This document shows, piece by piece, positions 43,323 through 57,409 of a stretch of DNA of 64,000 bases. The position numbers were made by a program, and so were the translations under genes. The stretch comes from Octopus vulgaris. Lineage: Eukaryota. Within the stretch, counting starts at the first letter, position 1. Every line of letters begins with the position of its first letter. The stretch is taken from assembly GCA_951406725.2 (NCBI GenBank), contig OX597817.1:157542001-157606000 (forward strand), written 5' to 3'. The notes below the pieces were generated by a model. That model made no database searches and was not told the origin of the DNA. It was given only the letters and a program-made list of their open reading frames with translations.

Positions 43323-43840
43323 CTAGCTTTTATGCAACTGACCCTGAATGGAAAGATCTGCAAACAGATCTCTGACTTGTTTTGGAGAATTTGCTTCAAT
43401 TGCTTCCTCCAGAGTCATATCCCAATGATGATCATATTCATCGCAAAAAATCAGGTAAAAAAAAAAAAAATCACTGCAAACAATTGCATTAATGGAAACA
43501 TAGAAATCCAAAATTTCAGGATTGCAGGTCTGGATTCGGCCCAGAATGTTTTTAATTTACCCATAGAGTTAGCCATTAGATTATGAAAATTGTTATAGTA
43601 CTAAAAAATTTGTTCCAAAGTCACGTAGAAAAAAAAAAAAAAAAAAAAGAAAAATTGCTGAAAACACTCACAGTAATGAAAACTTGGGAATCCAAAATTT
43701 CAGGATTGTGGGTCCAGATTCAGCCCAGAATGTTTTTAATTAACTCACGAAGTCAGCCTGATTCCAAAATGGTATGATAAAGTTGAAAAAGTGTAACAGA
43801 ATGACGCACAGAAATTAGTTTTCGCATTTATTATATTAGA
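43323..43840 (-). mobile_element. Deleted Helitron retaining a RepHel coding fragment
   Basis: Minus strand A|TCTAATATAATAAATGCGAAA ... CTAG|T. Peptide DHHWDMTLEEAIEANSPKQVRDLFA resembles the conserved W..TL.EA....P..LR.LFA segment preceding the Helitron PIF1 helicase. ~185-bp internal duplication. Confidence 0.68.
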
Positions 43841-46648
43841 TGAATAAATATGGTAACCCAATACGGCCATATTCAGTTAAGATGCAATATAGGGTTGTTG
43901 TATACATCTGGCACCTGTTGCTGTATTTAACTAGATCTAGTTACTGGATGATAATAACATGGATGTATAGGAACATATGGAAGTTATAGACCATTTTATA
44001 CAAAGTATAAGAATTTGAAAGACATACTGCAAAGATGTTGCTATACTGTCACTCATTTGATGACCAGCATCACAGTAGTTTAGTAGATACACTGACTCGA
44101 ATGTGTGATCATACTGTGTTTGGGAGACACACTAAACTTTACTTGGTGACTTGTTAAATCACAATTCTTTCTCGAACGTATTATAGAGTTCAGGTTTCTG
44201 GAAAAACCCATTCTATTCAGGTTTTGCTTATAGTTGTTTTTTTCATGCATACAATCATGATAGCTACACATCTTTCAAACTGGAGTTCAAACTCTGCCGA
44301 GGTCGACTTTGCCTTTCATCCTTTCGGGGTCGATAAATTAAGTACCAGTTACGCACTGGGGTCGATATAATCGACTTAACCCATTTGTCTTGTTTGTCCC
44401 TTGTGGGTAGTAAAGAAACAAATATTGTCTGGAAGGCTGGAATTATTTCTCAAGGCTAGAACATACTTCAATTACAGACTTGGTCTGCTGGAAGCACACC
44501 ACCATTCATTCTATATCTCCAACTCTCCAATATAGGACAGCTTACAGACAAGAAGCTTTTAAGTAAAATCCTCCTTGCTAATATACAGACACCAAACACA
44601 CATAATGAGAATGCATTATATCTTACTAATAATAATATTACAAAGGGATAGAAATTCAAGAATAGTAGCAATGCTTATACTTTTAATACATAGTAGAAAA
44701 CACTTGTCCAAGATGCCATGCCGTGAGACTGAACCGGGAACCATGCGGTTGCAAAGCAAGCTTCTTAACTATGGAACACATTGAAACAAATACAATGTGT
44801 CGAAGGGTCGGCTTGATCAGGATTAGTCAAAACAGCAATATTTGATTAAACACATGAAAATAATAAAGTTATGTTTTTTTTATTCTCTTTTTTGAATCAT
44901 AGGAATTGACAAAAGAAAATATAATAATACTAAAAATAAAAATAAGTAAGAGATATAATATTATTTAAAGCAAATTAATAGGACCTAACAACAGAGCAGC
45001 AAAACTGGTTTAATAAATTTAATTAACAGTGAGTTAAGCGAAAAATAACATATAACAGGTTTTTATGTTATTGATCAATTAACGGTTTTATAACTTAATG
45101 CCAAGGTCATATATCACAGAGAGGGAGGAGAGGGAGAGAGAGGGAGGGAGAGAGAGGAGGAAAGAAAGAAGAACAGTTGATTGATTTGACTCAGCATATG
45201 GCTGGTACCTGTTTTTTTGACACTGTAGAAGTGAAAGGCAAAATTTATTTTGATGCTATTTTTATTGAAACCATATCATAAAAACAATTTAATCAAATAG
45301 GTGTAGAAGTGGCTGTGTGGTAAGTAGCTAGCTTACGAACCACATGGTTCCGGGTTCATTCCCACTGCGTGGCACCTTGGGCAAGTGTCTTCTACTATAG
45401 CCTCGGTTCGACGAAAGCCTTGTGAGTGGATTTGGTAGAAGGAAACTGAAAGAAGCCCGTCGTATATATGTGCGTGTATATGTTTGTGTGTTTATGTACA
45501 AAGAATAAGTCCTGGGGTCGATTTGCTTGACTAAAGGCAGTGCTCCAGCATGGCCACAGTCAAATGACTGAAACAAGTAAAACAGTAAATGGTAAGCAGG
45601 ATTCATACTGGTTCTCTGTAATTTCTACTACTCGCAGACTTGCCTTGAGGATCTATTGATAGATGTGATAGGCTTTTTATTAGACAACATTAAAACAGGT
45701 GATAGGACTGGATGGAAGCACTCCGTCGGTTACGACGACGAGGGTTCCGGTTGATCCGATCAACGGAACAGCCTGCTTGTGAAATTAACGTGTAAGTGGC
45801 TGAGCATTCCACAGACATGTGTACCCATAACGTAGTTCTCAGGGATATTCAGCGTGACACAGAGAGTGACAAGGCCGGCCCTTTGAAATACAGGTACAAC
45901 AGAAACAGGAAGTAAGAGTGAGAGAAAGTTGTGGTGAAAGAGTACAGCAGGGATCACCACCATCCTCTGCCGGAGCCTCATGGAGCCTTTAGGTGTTTTT
46001 GCTCAATAAACACTCACAACGCCCGGTCTGGGAATCGAAACCGCGAGTCAGCTGCCCTAACCACTGGGCCATTGCACCTCCACGATAGGACTAACACTCA
46101 GTCAGAGTTCACTCGACTGTAGGTATTCTATAGATCTCCACTCCAATGTAATCCTCACCTCAGTTCCATCTGCATTATGTTTTCACTCCCTATGTAGCAT
46201 AGGCTACTGATGACTTTTCTTCATTGTTCTCAACTCTGGGCTATTTTTTCCCTGTTTTTCTCCATTTCGATCCCTGCTTTTCCAGCCATGCCTCACTATC
46301 CCACCTATGTTTCCTTGAGGAAAAGCTATCCTCTTCCAGATCTTATTGGCTTTGAATTGTCATCGAATTTTGCTTTTCTCTAAGTAGAGGTACTGGCTCT
46401 ATGCAACCCCATGGGAAGAGGTGGTCCACATAAGTTTGGCTGCTATTTGACTGGTCCAGCACGAGAGGCCCAAACAGAGCTTGTGCTCCACTAGCATAGC
46501 TTCCAGGGTCCTTGAAGTCCACCAACTACCACACTGCAACAAGGACTGAACCTTGTGGTAACCCTACAGTTATTGCCTCTACATATTTAGAGAGGTATGA
46601 AACGCACTTGTCTGGAATGGGCTTGCAATGGCTGTGGGCACTGTATAC

Positions 46649-46950
46649 GGAGGCACATGGCCTAGTGGTTAGAGCAGCGGACTCACGGTCGAGGGATCGT
46701 GGGTTCGAATCTCGGACCGGGCGATGTGTGTGTTTATGAGTGAAACACCTAAGCTCTACGCAGCTCCGGTAGAAGGTAATGGCAAACTTCTGCTGACTCT
46801 TTCACCACAACTTTCTCTCACTCTTTTCTCCTGCATCTTGCAGCTCACCTGCGACAGACTGGCGTCCCATCCAGATGGGGAACCTATACACCAAGGAAAC
46901 CAGGAAACTGGCCCTTATGAGCCAGGCATGGTTCAAGAAGGAACAAACAA
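46649..46950 (+). mobile_element. tRNA-derived SINE, family D (representative copy)
   Basis: Head GGAGGCACATGGCCTAGTGGTTAG..GGTTCGAATC. Related copies ~1-205, 6930-7235, 13333-13585, 39305-39612(-), 45715-46085(-). Confidence 0.8.
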
Positions 46951-49900
46951 ACTCAATGAACTTATTTAAAAAGTGTCAAGTATTTTCAAAAATAACCTGC
47001 GGAAGTGTTAAAATTGTGAATAAGATAGATATAAAACCAATTTAAATTCATGTTCAGTAGAAATTATAATACAAAATTAAGAACTAAAAGAAAAACTAAA
47101 AGAGAAACAATTTAATTATTATAATTTCCCATTCAAGATCAGAGCGTCTTGCAATGGGGCACTGAAGGGCAGAGGCTGTGTGATTAAATTACTGGGTTAT
47201 TGGGTCAAAGACCTATGTTAGAAATAAATCACAAAAACTGTTGAGTGTCTGAGAAAATGGAACAATGTCCTACATATCTGACATTTAAAATTTCTAAGGC
47301 AGCCATGCTTCTGCAGATGTGTGTGTGTGTGGGTGTGTGTGCATAAATTGCATACACAAACATATATAAATTGACAAAGGGAAACACACATACATGTATA
47401 TATGTGTGTGTGTGTGTGTACATATATATTTACATACATATATGTGTGTATGTGTGTGAATACAGAAATACACATTAAAAAAATTTCATGCTGCCTTAAT
47501 TCACTTAGCTGACAATGAGTACCAGGGATAGGTGGTATCTGACCTTGAAGAGGCTAAATCATGCTGAAATATTGTGTCTGGTAGTCCACTGAACATCACT
47601 TGGAGTTTGGTTTGTGAAAAAACATTTGAGCGAGGTCGTTGCCAGTGCCACTGGACTGGCTCCTATGCAGGTAGCACATATAAAGCACCATTTGAGCGTG
47701 GCCGCTGCCAGTACCGCCCGACTAGCCCTTGTGCCGGTGGCACGTAAAAGCACCCACTACACTCTCGGAGTGGTTGGCATTGGGAAGGGCATCCAGCTGT
47801 AGAAACTCAGCCAGATCATGATTGGGGCCTGGTACAGCCATTTGGTTCGCCAACCCTAATCAAATCGTCCAACCCATACTAGCATGGAAAGCGGATGGTA
47901 AACGATGATGATGATGATGATTGAAGAATTGAAATCATACCAAAACACCATGTCTGGTAGTCCACTGATGTCATTTAAAGCATGGATCAATGTATTTTTA
48001 CATATAAAGTCAATAGAGAGGAAATTTTCTCCAACGCAAACTACCTAAGCAAATGCCTTTCATGTTTTAGTGTACAAGAACGAGTGAAAAAAAATGAATG
48101 TAAATTCTATATTTTGATCAGTGCTTCTTTGTTTATACTAAATGCATATAAGCTGAATGAAGCTCTATCAGAATTTCCAATCCTGAGTTTTCACTTGTTT
48201 GCTCAAATGAAGTATGAGGTGTGTAAGTGGCAGAGTATTCCACAGATATATCTACCTTGAACAATTTCTAGTTGAATTCATCATCTCGAGTACTTATTTT
48301 TTTAAAGTCTGGTATGTATTTTATCAGTTGCTTTTGCTGAACTGCTAAGACACATGGACGTAAACACACCAATATCGGTTGTCAAGCAGTGGTGGGGGAT
48401 AAACTCATGCACAAACACCACATATGCATGTGCATGCGCACACATGACAAGCTTCTTTCGGTTTCCATCTTCCAAATCCACTCATAAGTCTATGGTTGAC
48501 CCAAGGCTATAGTAGAAGACACTTGCCCAAGATGTCACAAAGTGGGACTGAACCTGGAACTATGTGGCTGGGGAAACAAGCATCTTACCACATAGCCATG
48601 TCTGTGTACTCTTAATATTACTCTCAGGCAGAATTAGCATGATACTAAACTGGGCTTTTAAATTACAGGGACAATCCATCTGATGAGAATTTCCATTGTT
48701 TCTGAATATTCAAGTTCACTCATTGGGCATGGGTCAACCTGTGACTACAGTAAATGTTACTTGCTATGCAACAGTGAGATTGATCCCAGAATCTCATAAC
48801 TGCAAAGTAAATTTCTTACCCATCTGACCATACGGTGTGTACATGGTATGCATGCATGTATGCACACACACACACACAAACATGTTTATATGGCAGACTT
48901 CTTTCAGTTTGTCTACCAAATCCACTTATATGTACATATAAATACATATACACACAGATATACATATGTACACACATATGTATGAATGAATGTATGTAAA
49001 TACATACAGATATACATGTAAACACACACACACACATATACACACGCATTCAATTTATTCAATTCTCACATGTAATCCAAAAAAGTATTAATTAGAGAAA
49101 ATTAAATTATTCAATATATTAAAGATGTCTAGAGTTGAGCTTACATTAAATACAATGATAATGAGAAAAAACATTTTTTAATTAAAAAAATATTAGCATA
49201 TATTAATTGGATATGTGATTATGAACATAATGCTGTTTCTGGTGCCTTATACAATAGATTAAGTAATTCAATTAATGCATTTAAATTTACTAATGGGATT
49301 TACAATGTCACTAATCCTTATATATATTTCCTAACAAGAGTTAGATTTTTCTTAGCCAAACTCAATACAAAATTTATCATGAATTGGAGTTGAAATGACA
49401 TTGGATTCGAAACATTTCAAATTTTAATTGATTGCAGTGAAAGGTTGCTTTAATAACTATATCTTTGAACAAATTTCATTGCATTAATTCATGTATTTTA
49501 CTGTACAAGAAAAGTCATCAAAATTAAGGTCATATGTGTATACTAGTGGGACCTGTGGAAATTCCACAGAATGAAAAAGATTAAGAAAAGCTTTTTAAGA
49601 AAGAAAAGATTATTTTTATTTTACTAAATTATTTCACTTCCAGTCACAATAACATATAGGAAGGGGGATAGAAGAGGATGGAAGGAAATATGTTTGTAAG
49701 GTGTGGGTTGGTAGAAAGTTATTGTTGGTAGAGTTTGTTTAGTTTGAAATGGGAATTGTGTTACTGTTTAAAGTTCAGTCAAGCATGGAAATAACTTTGT
49801 ACAGAAGTGTGTCCACTTTAGTTATATCAGATTCAAATCATGAGATCCTTTGTATAAAATGTTGGTTTTTGTTGTGTTTCAGGGTTTACAAAAGAATATT

Positions 49901-50708
49901 CCTAGATAAATTAGTTGGTCATCTAGCATAAGTCCATCTGAGGTTGGACTGTTGTTGATGTTATATGATTGCTATTAAAAAATTTAAAAACCTGTGTGTA
50001 TTGGGAAAGTAAGAATTGGAAAAGCTAGGGTTACCATAAGTGTTTATTGGGGTTTTCTAGTTGGTTTTCAGTTATTTGTATTTATATTATTTTAGATAGT
50101 TGCATATATGATGGAGTCTGTTTAAAATTCTATGACAATCCAAGGTGTTCTGATTCAGTTGCATCACTCAATCAAAATAAGCAAGATTCATGTATTATAC
50201 ATCTTATTACAGTTAAATCCTAGGATCATTTCAGCCAGCATGGAAGTAGCTAGTGTGAGATGTGACTGTGTTGCAATGGTAATCACAAGTAAATGGTATT
50301 CGACAGGTACATGGTTTAATTGTTGCAGGCGATTTTGTTTGCTTTTCCCCATCTTGTACTGTGGCTGTGTGGCAAGAATTTTGTTTCCTAACCATATGGT
50401 TTTGTTTGAATTCAGTCCCACTGCATGGCACCTTGGGCAAATGCTATCTATTATAGCCCTAGGCCGACCAAAACCTTGTGAGTAAATTTGGTAGATGGAG
50501 ACTGAAAGAAGCCCATTGTGTGTGTGCATGTGCACATATACAGGTACATATGAATGCATTCACACACAGAGAAAAACAAGCTTAGTTTACCAGCTGGTGT
50601 GTATGTATATATATATATGGGGAGAATTCACAAAAAAACAGAAGATGAAGACAGGTGGTGTAGATAACAAACATATATATTAATATAATGCTCGGGAAGT
50701 GAAAACGT

Positions 50709-50744
50709 CTTTAACATTTCGAGCGTACACTCTTCCACAGAAAG
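50709..50744 (-). ncRNA. Minimal hammerhead motif, CUGUNGA variant (copy 2)
   Basis: Minus strand CTTT CTGTGGA A GAGT GTAC GCTC GAAA T GT T AAAG. Confidence 0.55.
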
Positions 50745-51176
50745 GAACACAGAAAGAAACAAGGAGAGAAAATAAAGAATGTGTAGTAGCTAGCGATCTA
50801 TCATGGCTAATCACACACACATGTGTGTGTGTGTGTGTGTGTAGGTGTGCACGTGCGTGCACACACACACACATTATATATACCAGCTAGTAAACCAAGC
50901 CTGATTTTTGTTTGAATATTCATTGACTGAATATATTTTGAAATATGAAATGAAAATTTGAAGGAAACGCTTAAAGTTATGTTCTTTTATTTAAAAACCT
51001 TTGTGAAAAACATGTGAAAATTGCTGCTTCAAGCTCATGTTCTGTGTTTCATTTGTGGTTTTTGTGGTAATGTTATTATAAACATCATAAACTCCATGCA
51101 ATCTAAGTCATGAATTTGTGTTGCTGTTCAAGCAATGTTTCAAAATAATACTTTTAAGTAATACTTTAAATTAATA

Positions 51177-51439
51177 TTCTGTTGTGTCTGGGGAGAGTCG
51201 CTCTCTTTTGATGCCTTATAATTTAACACACTCACTGGTAAAATTTCCACTTTTTCTTTTTTATTTTTCTAAAATTTTCATTGCGTCTTGCAACCTTTTA
51301 AAAAATAAAAAATAAATAAGCGGAAATTTTACCAGTGAGAGCGTTAAATTATAAGGCACCAAAAGAGAATGACTTTCCCCAGACACAACAGAATATGCTT
51401 CAACACAAAGAATCTTGCAAACCAAGTCCAAAAATGAAT
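51177..51439. mobile_element. Fold-back Penelope-like element (same family as 10139-10424)
   Basis: Inverted arms ~51174-51270 / 51299-51396; candidate TSD TTTAAATTAATA at 51165-51176 and 51440-51451. Confidence 0.65.
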
Positions 51440-51704
51440 TTTAAATTAATACTTTTAATTAATGTTTTTAAAAATAACGAATGTGTATGCAGGTGTTCAT
51501 TTTTCATGTACCTGTGCTGATGCATACATATGTACATATATACACTTGTAGACACATGTATATAGAGAATTATACACACACACACACACACAGACACACA
51601 CACACACACACATATATAGTTGAAATTTATAGGCAAACAAAAGACAACGGGTGTATGAACAACAAGCAGGTGTATTAGTCTGATGCTTGGGAAAATGAAA
51701 AAGT

Positions 51705-51740
51705 CTTTTACATTTTGAGCCTACGCTCTTCAACAGAAAG
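51705..51740 (-). ncRNA. Minimal hammerhead motif, CUGUNGA variant (copy 3, G12 mutated)
   Basis: Minus strand CTTT CTGTTGA A GAGC GTAG GCTC AAAA T GT A AAAG. Confidence 0.45.
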
Positions 51741-52061
51741 GAATAAGAGAAAACAAACAGAGGGAGAATGAAAAAAAAATTGTAGATTTAGTGGTTAAGT
51801 GGCGATGGAAACTGAAAGAAGCCCATTGTGTGTGTGTGTGTGCACATACACATGTATGCACACACAAAAAACCAGGGCCATTTTACCACTATATATACAT
51901 AGTGAATTATTTACTGCAGTTCTTCGCTTCAGGAATTCTTTAGCGCCCCAGAACTAAGACATTTGAAATTTTATACCTAATGTAATCGGTAAAACTAAAC
52001 ACGTGTCTGTTTTGGCACAGAAAGCTGGGGTTAGTTTTTCAGATTGCATTTACACTGAACG

Positions 52062-52138
52062 ATTGTACTGATGAATCCACGGACATTTGAATTATGTAAG
52101 TAATTCTTTTGTTAAAGGCTGAAACCGAGGTATGCAAT
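52062..52138 (+). ncRNA. Type I hammerhead ribozyme motif with long stem II
   Basis: Stem I ATTGTA/TGCAAT; CTGATGA 52068-52074; long interrupted stem II capped by GAATTAT-GTAA-GTAATTC (GNRA loop); GAAA 52121-52124; stem III ACC-GA-GGT; GUA cleavage after 52132. Confidence 0.72.
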
Positions 52139-52402
52139 TAATTCTGTTTTTTATATAAATTTTCATCTGTCCTGCCTGCCAAATTTGATTCTGGTGTTCG
52201 CTGAATTTTTCCTCTAGAGAACTTTCTTTGTAGTTTGATCGTTGATGATCTATTTCTAGCATACGGCCGACTACCTAGCAGTCTTGCCCTGCCTATATAC
52301 ACATATATTAGAATTTTCTCTGATTTCTCAGATTTTTTGTATGCTAGACTACTGGTTTTAAATTGATATTAAAATTAATATTAATTTATCTCCCTCATTA
52401 TT

Positions 52403-52438
<36 letters not shown>

Positions 52439-55400
52439 TGTTGGAAAATGTTAAACGAAAGCACTCTGGTTGTAACTATATATACCCTACCTCTGCCTCT
52501 AACACAACTAATTATGTGTATATAACCAGTACCTAAAATAAATAAAGTTCAAGTAATTAATAATTAATAAAGAGAGGCGACCATATTTTAAACCCAGCAA
52601 CTGGTTATTTATGTACCCTAAATACATTTTTCAGGTTCAACGGATATAATAATTTCCATATTCACATTCCTGCATAAAGCACATTGCACCATATTCCTAT
52701 TAGTGAAGCAATTAACACAGAGGACTTTAACAAACTGTCTTTCAATTTTATTCTCAAACACAAATTACTATCTCATGAAAATTTAACTAAATTTTTGCTG
52801 TATTATTCATGTTTATATTTTTATAAATGAATTAATTTTACAATAATTTTTCATTAAATGATCATAATAATATCATCCAAAAAACTTTTAAAAATCATTA
52901 AAGAGTGAAAGAAAAAAAATATAATATAGCTGATTAGAATATTTTAATAAATCAACTGGTTTTAGAGTGTTCAAATTTAAAATTTAATAGGCTGAATAAT
53001 AATAATATTATTATAATTGGACAAGTATATCTTTATTCATTTTATTTTCATTTTCATATCTAAGTTTTTTTTAACGGATTTCTATATATTTCTTATTTAT
53101 TTATTTTTTGAAGACTTTTATTATTTTGAAATAATTCTTGTGGTAATTAAACTAAAAATTATTGATAAATTTAAATATAGTTAAAAGAACACATTTGACA
53201 CTTTTATTAAATTGGAGGAAAACAAATTAAGCTAAAAATGACATGTTTTGTTTTGTTTGTATATCATCATCATCGTTTAACGTCTGCTTTCCATGCTAGC
53301 ATGGGTTGGACGATTTGACTGAGGGCTGGCGAACCAGATGGCTGCACCAGGCACCAAACTTGATCTGGCAGACTTTCTACAGCTGGATGCCCTTCCTAAC
53401 GCTAACCGCTCTGAGAGTGTAGTGGGTGCTTTTACGGGCCACCGGCACGGGGGCCAGTCAGGCGGTACTGGCAACGACCTCGCTCAAATGTTTTTACACG
53501 TGCCAGTAAGGCGACACTGGTAACGATCACGCTCGAATGGTGCCTTTTACGTGCCACCAGCATAGAAGCCAGTTAGCCGCTCTGGCAACGATCATGCTCG
53601 GATGGATATATTTAATTTGAAGAATATAAAGGAGAAATGTAAGCAGATGTCTCATATGGCCAGAGTAAATTTTGCATTGCATGGTGCGAAGCCAAGGGGT
53701 ATTTTAAAGTGGTTACCATGTAATCTCCCTGAAAAATTTATCCAAAAATGAGTTGTGTTTGTATTTCTATGTATTCTATGTTCTACTGAATTTCTGAATT
53801 TTTCTGGGGATTACATTAAGGGTACATATGTCTGTACAACCACTTGCACATTAAATTTCATGAGTAGGCTATTCTGTTGATCAGATTAACTGTTCTGTTG
53901 ATCAGATTAACTGGAACCCTTATCATCATAACTGGTGAAGTGCCAGTTCAAAATAACAAGAGAGCCTCTACACCATAGCTTGGCATGTTAGAAACAGCAG
54001 GCAACTCTTCATATCAAACCTTTCCATCTTAAAGAAAAAGACATTTAACAATATTGCTCCATATATGCTCTGTAAGTTATTGTTCATAAAATTCAATAAC
54101 AAAATCTTACATTGACCCCAAAGGGTCATATGGACCCTGGCTGAGAACCACTGCTATAGAAGGTCATGGGGGCACTACCTTCTCTCTTATCAAAAAAAAA
54201 AAATATATACTTAGTCTTTCTCTGTTTTCTGATCATAAACAATATTTATTTCTTTACTGCCCACAGGGGGGCTAAACATAAAGGGGACAAACAAGGACAG
54301 ACAAAGGGATTAAGTTGATTACAATGACCCCAGTGTGTAACTGGTACTTATTTAATCGACCCCGAAAGGATGAAAGGCAAAGTCAACCTCAGCAGAATTT
54401 GAACTCAGAATGTAATGGCAGATGAAATACCACTAAGCATTTCACCCAGTGTGCTAATAATTCTGCTAGCTTGCCACCCTAATCATAAACAATATTAGCT
54501 GTTAATGTAGGTCAGGGGTTGTGGAACTTTTTTTAACCAATTACCCCAAAATATATTCATTTATGCTGACATTTGAAAGGAAGAAAATCATAGATTCTTT
54601 GAATTCAAAAGGCTTATCGAATCTATTTATATTAAAAATATAAAAAGTACAAAAATAAATTAATATCCTCATTATGGAACAAAAGGATTTTTCTAGAAAT
54701 GTTTTCACTTCAGGTTTTGGAGAAATGATGTTGTTTCATTTGTACTACAATTATGTCAAAATTGGGGCATTTAGATGCCAGAGCAATTTGGATAGTCTTC
54801 AGGGTCCAATTGATTACTCTGCTTTGTTTTTTATGTTCATTAGAGAGGAAAATCTTTGTTTGCAAAGGTAGGTTGTTTCAAAAGGTAGCAACTTTTTGAT
54901 TGCCTCCTCATACAAGAAGAAAAATTTCTGTCATAACAAGGCACGTTTTTTTTTTTATATAATTTTACTTGTCTAACGAGTTCTCCTCATTACTCTCAAG
55001 AATTTAATTTTTACCCCACTTGGGGTAATTTACCCCAGTTCATTGAGATCTAATTTACTCTTTTACTTGTTTCAGGCATTTGACTGCGGCCATGCTGGAG
55101 CACCACCATTAGTCGAGCAAATCGACCCTGGGACTTATTCTTTGTAAGCCTAGTACTTATTCTATCGGTCTCTTTTTGCCGAACTGCTAAGTTACGGGGA
55201 CATAAACACACCAGCGTCGGTTGTCAAGCAATGCTAGGGAGACAAACACAGACACACAAACATAAACACACACACACATATATATACATATATACGACGG
55301 GCTTCTTTCAGTTTCCGTCTACCAAATCCACTCACAAGGCTTTGGTCAGTCTGAGGCTATAGTAGAAGACACTTGCCCAAGATACCATGCAGTGGGACTG

Positions 55401-55736
55401 AACCCGGAACCATGTGGTTGGTAAGCAAACTACTTACCACACAGCCACTCCTAGGTATAACTTACACAAAACCACGTTAGAATTGTGTGTGTGTTTGTGT
55501 GTGTACACATGAACACAATGTAAGAATAGTTGGAGTGGAATTGGTAAGTTTGTGATTGTCAGTATCAGTATGAATCAGATTGAGTATAAAACTGAATGAT
55601 GTACGTCGGAGTACTATGAGCTGAAATAGAGACTAAAGGCTAATGATTGTTGTAGAGGGGAAAGCAAGTAACAAGATGTGAAAGACAAAAGGCTGTAACA
55701 AAATAACTAATCTAAACAGCACATGAACACTTACCA

Positions 55737-55740
<4 letters not shown>

Positions 55741-55824
<84 letters not shown>
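55741..55824. repeat. (TG)n microsatellite
   Basis: Direct reading. Confidence 0.95.
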
Positions 55825-55825
<1 letters not shown>

Positions 55826-56743
55826 ATGCATGTACGGTAACACTTCAATGCACTGATAGGCTTACACAAGCATTTATCACTTTCTGAAATTATTATAACT
55901 TGCCAAAATTCTATAAAGTATTTCAATGCATTTTTTATATGGAACAGTTGGAAATTATTAAAATACCAGATTGCACTTAAATTGTTATATCTTCAGAGAA
56001 TAGCAGAATTAATTAATGCTCTGTAGGTGAACACAAGACAATTAAATGCAAAGTCTGGTGATTAATTAAGATAATTGTTGAATAAATTACGAAAGAAACA
56101 CACAGCATTATTGTATTAGAATATGTCACAGCATATAATCTTCAACTTTGGTAAATATACTGGGTCACAAGAAATACTAATAAAAAAAGAACATATGATG
56201 ATGGTTTTATTATTGTGTCAGTGTAAAGTCTGTTTTTTATGTTGAGATGTATGTTATGTTTTAGCCCTGATTAAACTCATTTAATAACAACCTGTCAGAG
56301 TCTCCCCCTAGTTCTTTGACATAAATTTCCTGTTATAAAGTGAGTAATTTTGTAAAATCTGAAGTAAAACAGTTTTATCAAAATTTCACGTTCATTTATG
56401 TTTCAAGCATCAGCATAACAATGACAAAATTATTTTGTTAAATTCTTCATTATTTTTGCAATCAGTAGAAACAAAAGCAGTGTACTTTGAGAGAAATTTG
56501 GTAACAAAAGAGTTAAGTTGAGCTAAAATCAAAGAAAGGTATTCCAGCTATGATCATCCTATTTTTTTCCTAAACATTGAGTTCAGCATATTTGCCAATG
56601 AGGCCTTTTCTTTTTTTTTTTAAGGTGACAAGAAGTGCTCTGAGGGATATTTAGCTGCTTTTACAATTAGGTTCAGTGATCAAACAGAAATATTATTTCC
56701 TTCGGACATTCTGTAACAGGTAAATACAGTTGTAAGTTTGAAG

Positions 56744-57148
56744 CAGTGGCTCTCAAACATTTTTTTGCCAATGGGCCCACTTTGATTCCTACTTTAATCT
56801 ACTGGACCGTCTCTTGTTAAAGAGATCCTGTTATATTTTTATGATTAAATATTATTAAGAATTGTATAAAAAAATTGTTCAAGTATTTTGTGTAGAGTAT
56901 AAGAATAACCAATTTATTACTCTTTTACTTGTTTCAGTCATTTGACTGTGGCCATGCTGGAGCACTGCCTTTAGTCAAGCAAGTCGACCCTAGGACTTAT
57001 TCTTTGTAAGCCTAGTACTTATTCTATCGGTTTCTTTTGCCAAACAGCTAAGTTACGGGGACGTAAACACACCAGCATCTGTTGTCAAGTGATGTTGGGG
57101 GGGACAAACACAGACACACAAACATATACACACATACATACATACATC

Positions 57149-57198
<50 letters not shown>

Positions 57199-57299
57199 CA
57201 TACACACATATACATATACATATATACGACAGGCTTCTTTCAGTTTCTGTCTATCAAATCCACTCACAAGGCTTTGGTTGGCCCGAGGCTATAGTAGAA

Positions 57300-57330
<31 letters not shown>

Positions 57331-57363
57331 CAATTGAGGATATTGGTATCTACAATACCCTCA

Positions 57364-57409
<46 letters not shown>

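Noticed and set aside
46649-46725. tRNA gene
   Set aside because: A and B boxes are present, but the cloverleaf stems are poor and the sequence continues into a multi-copy SINE body.
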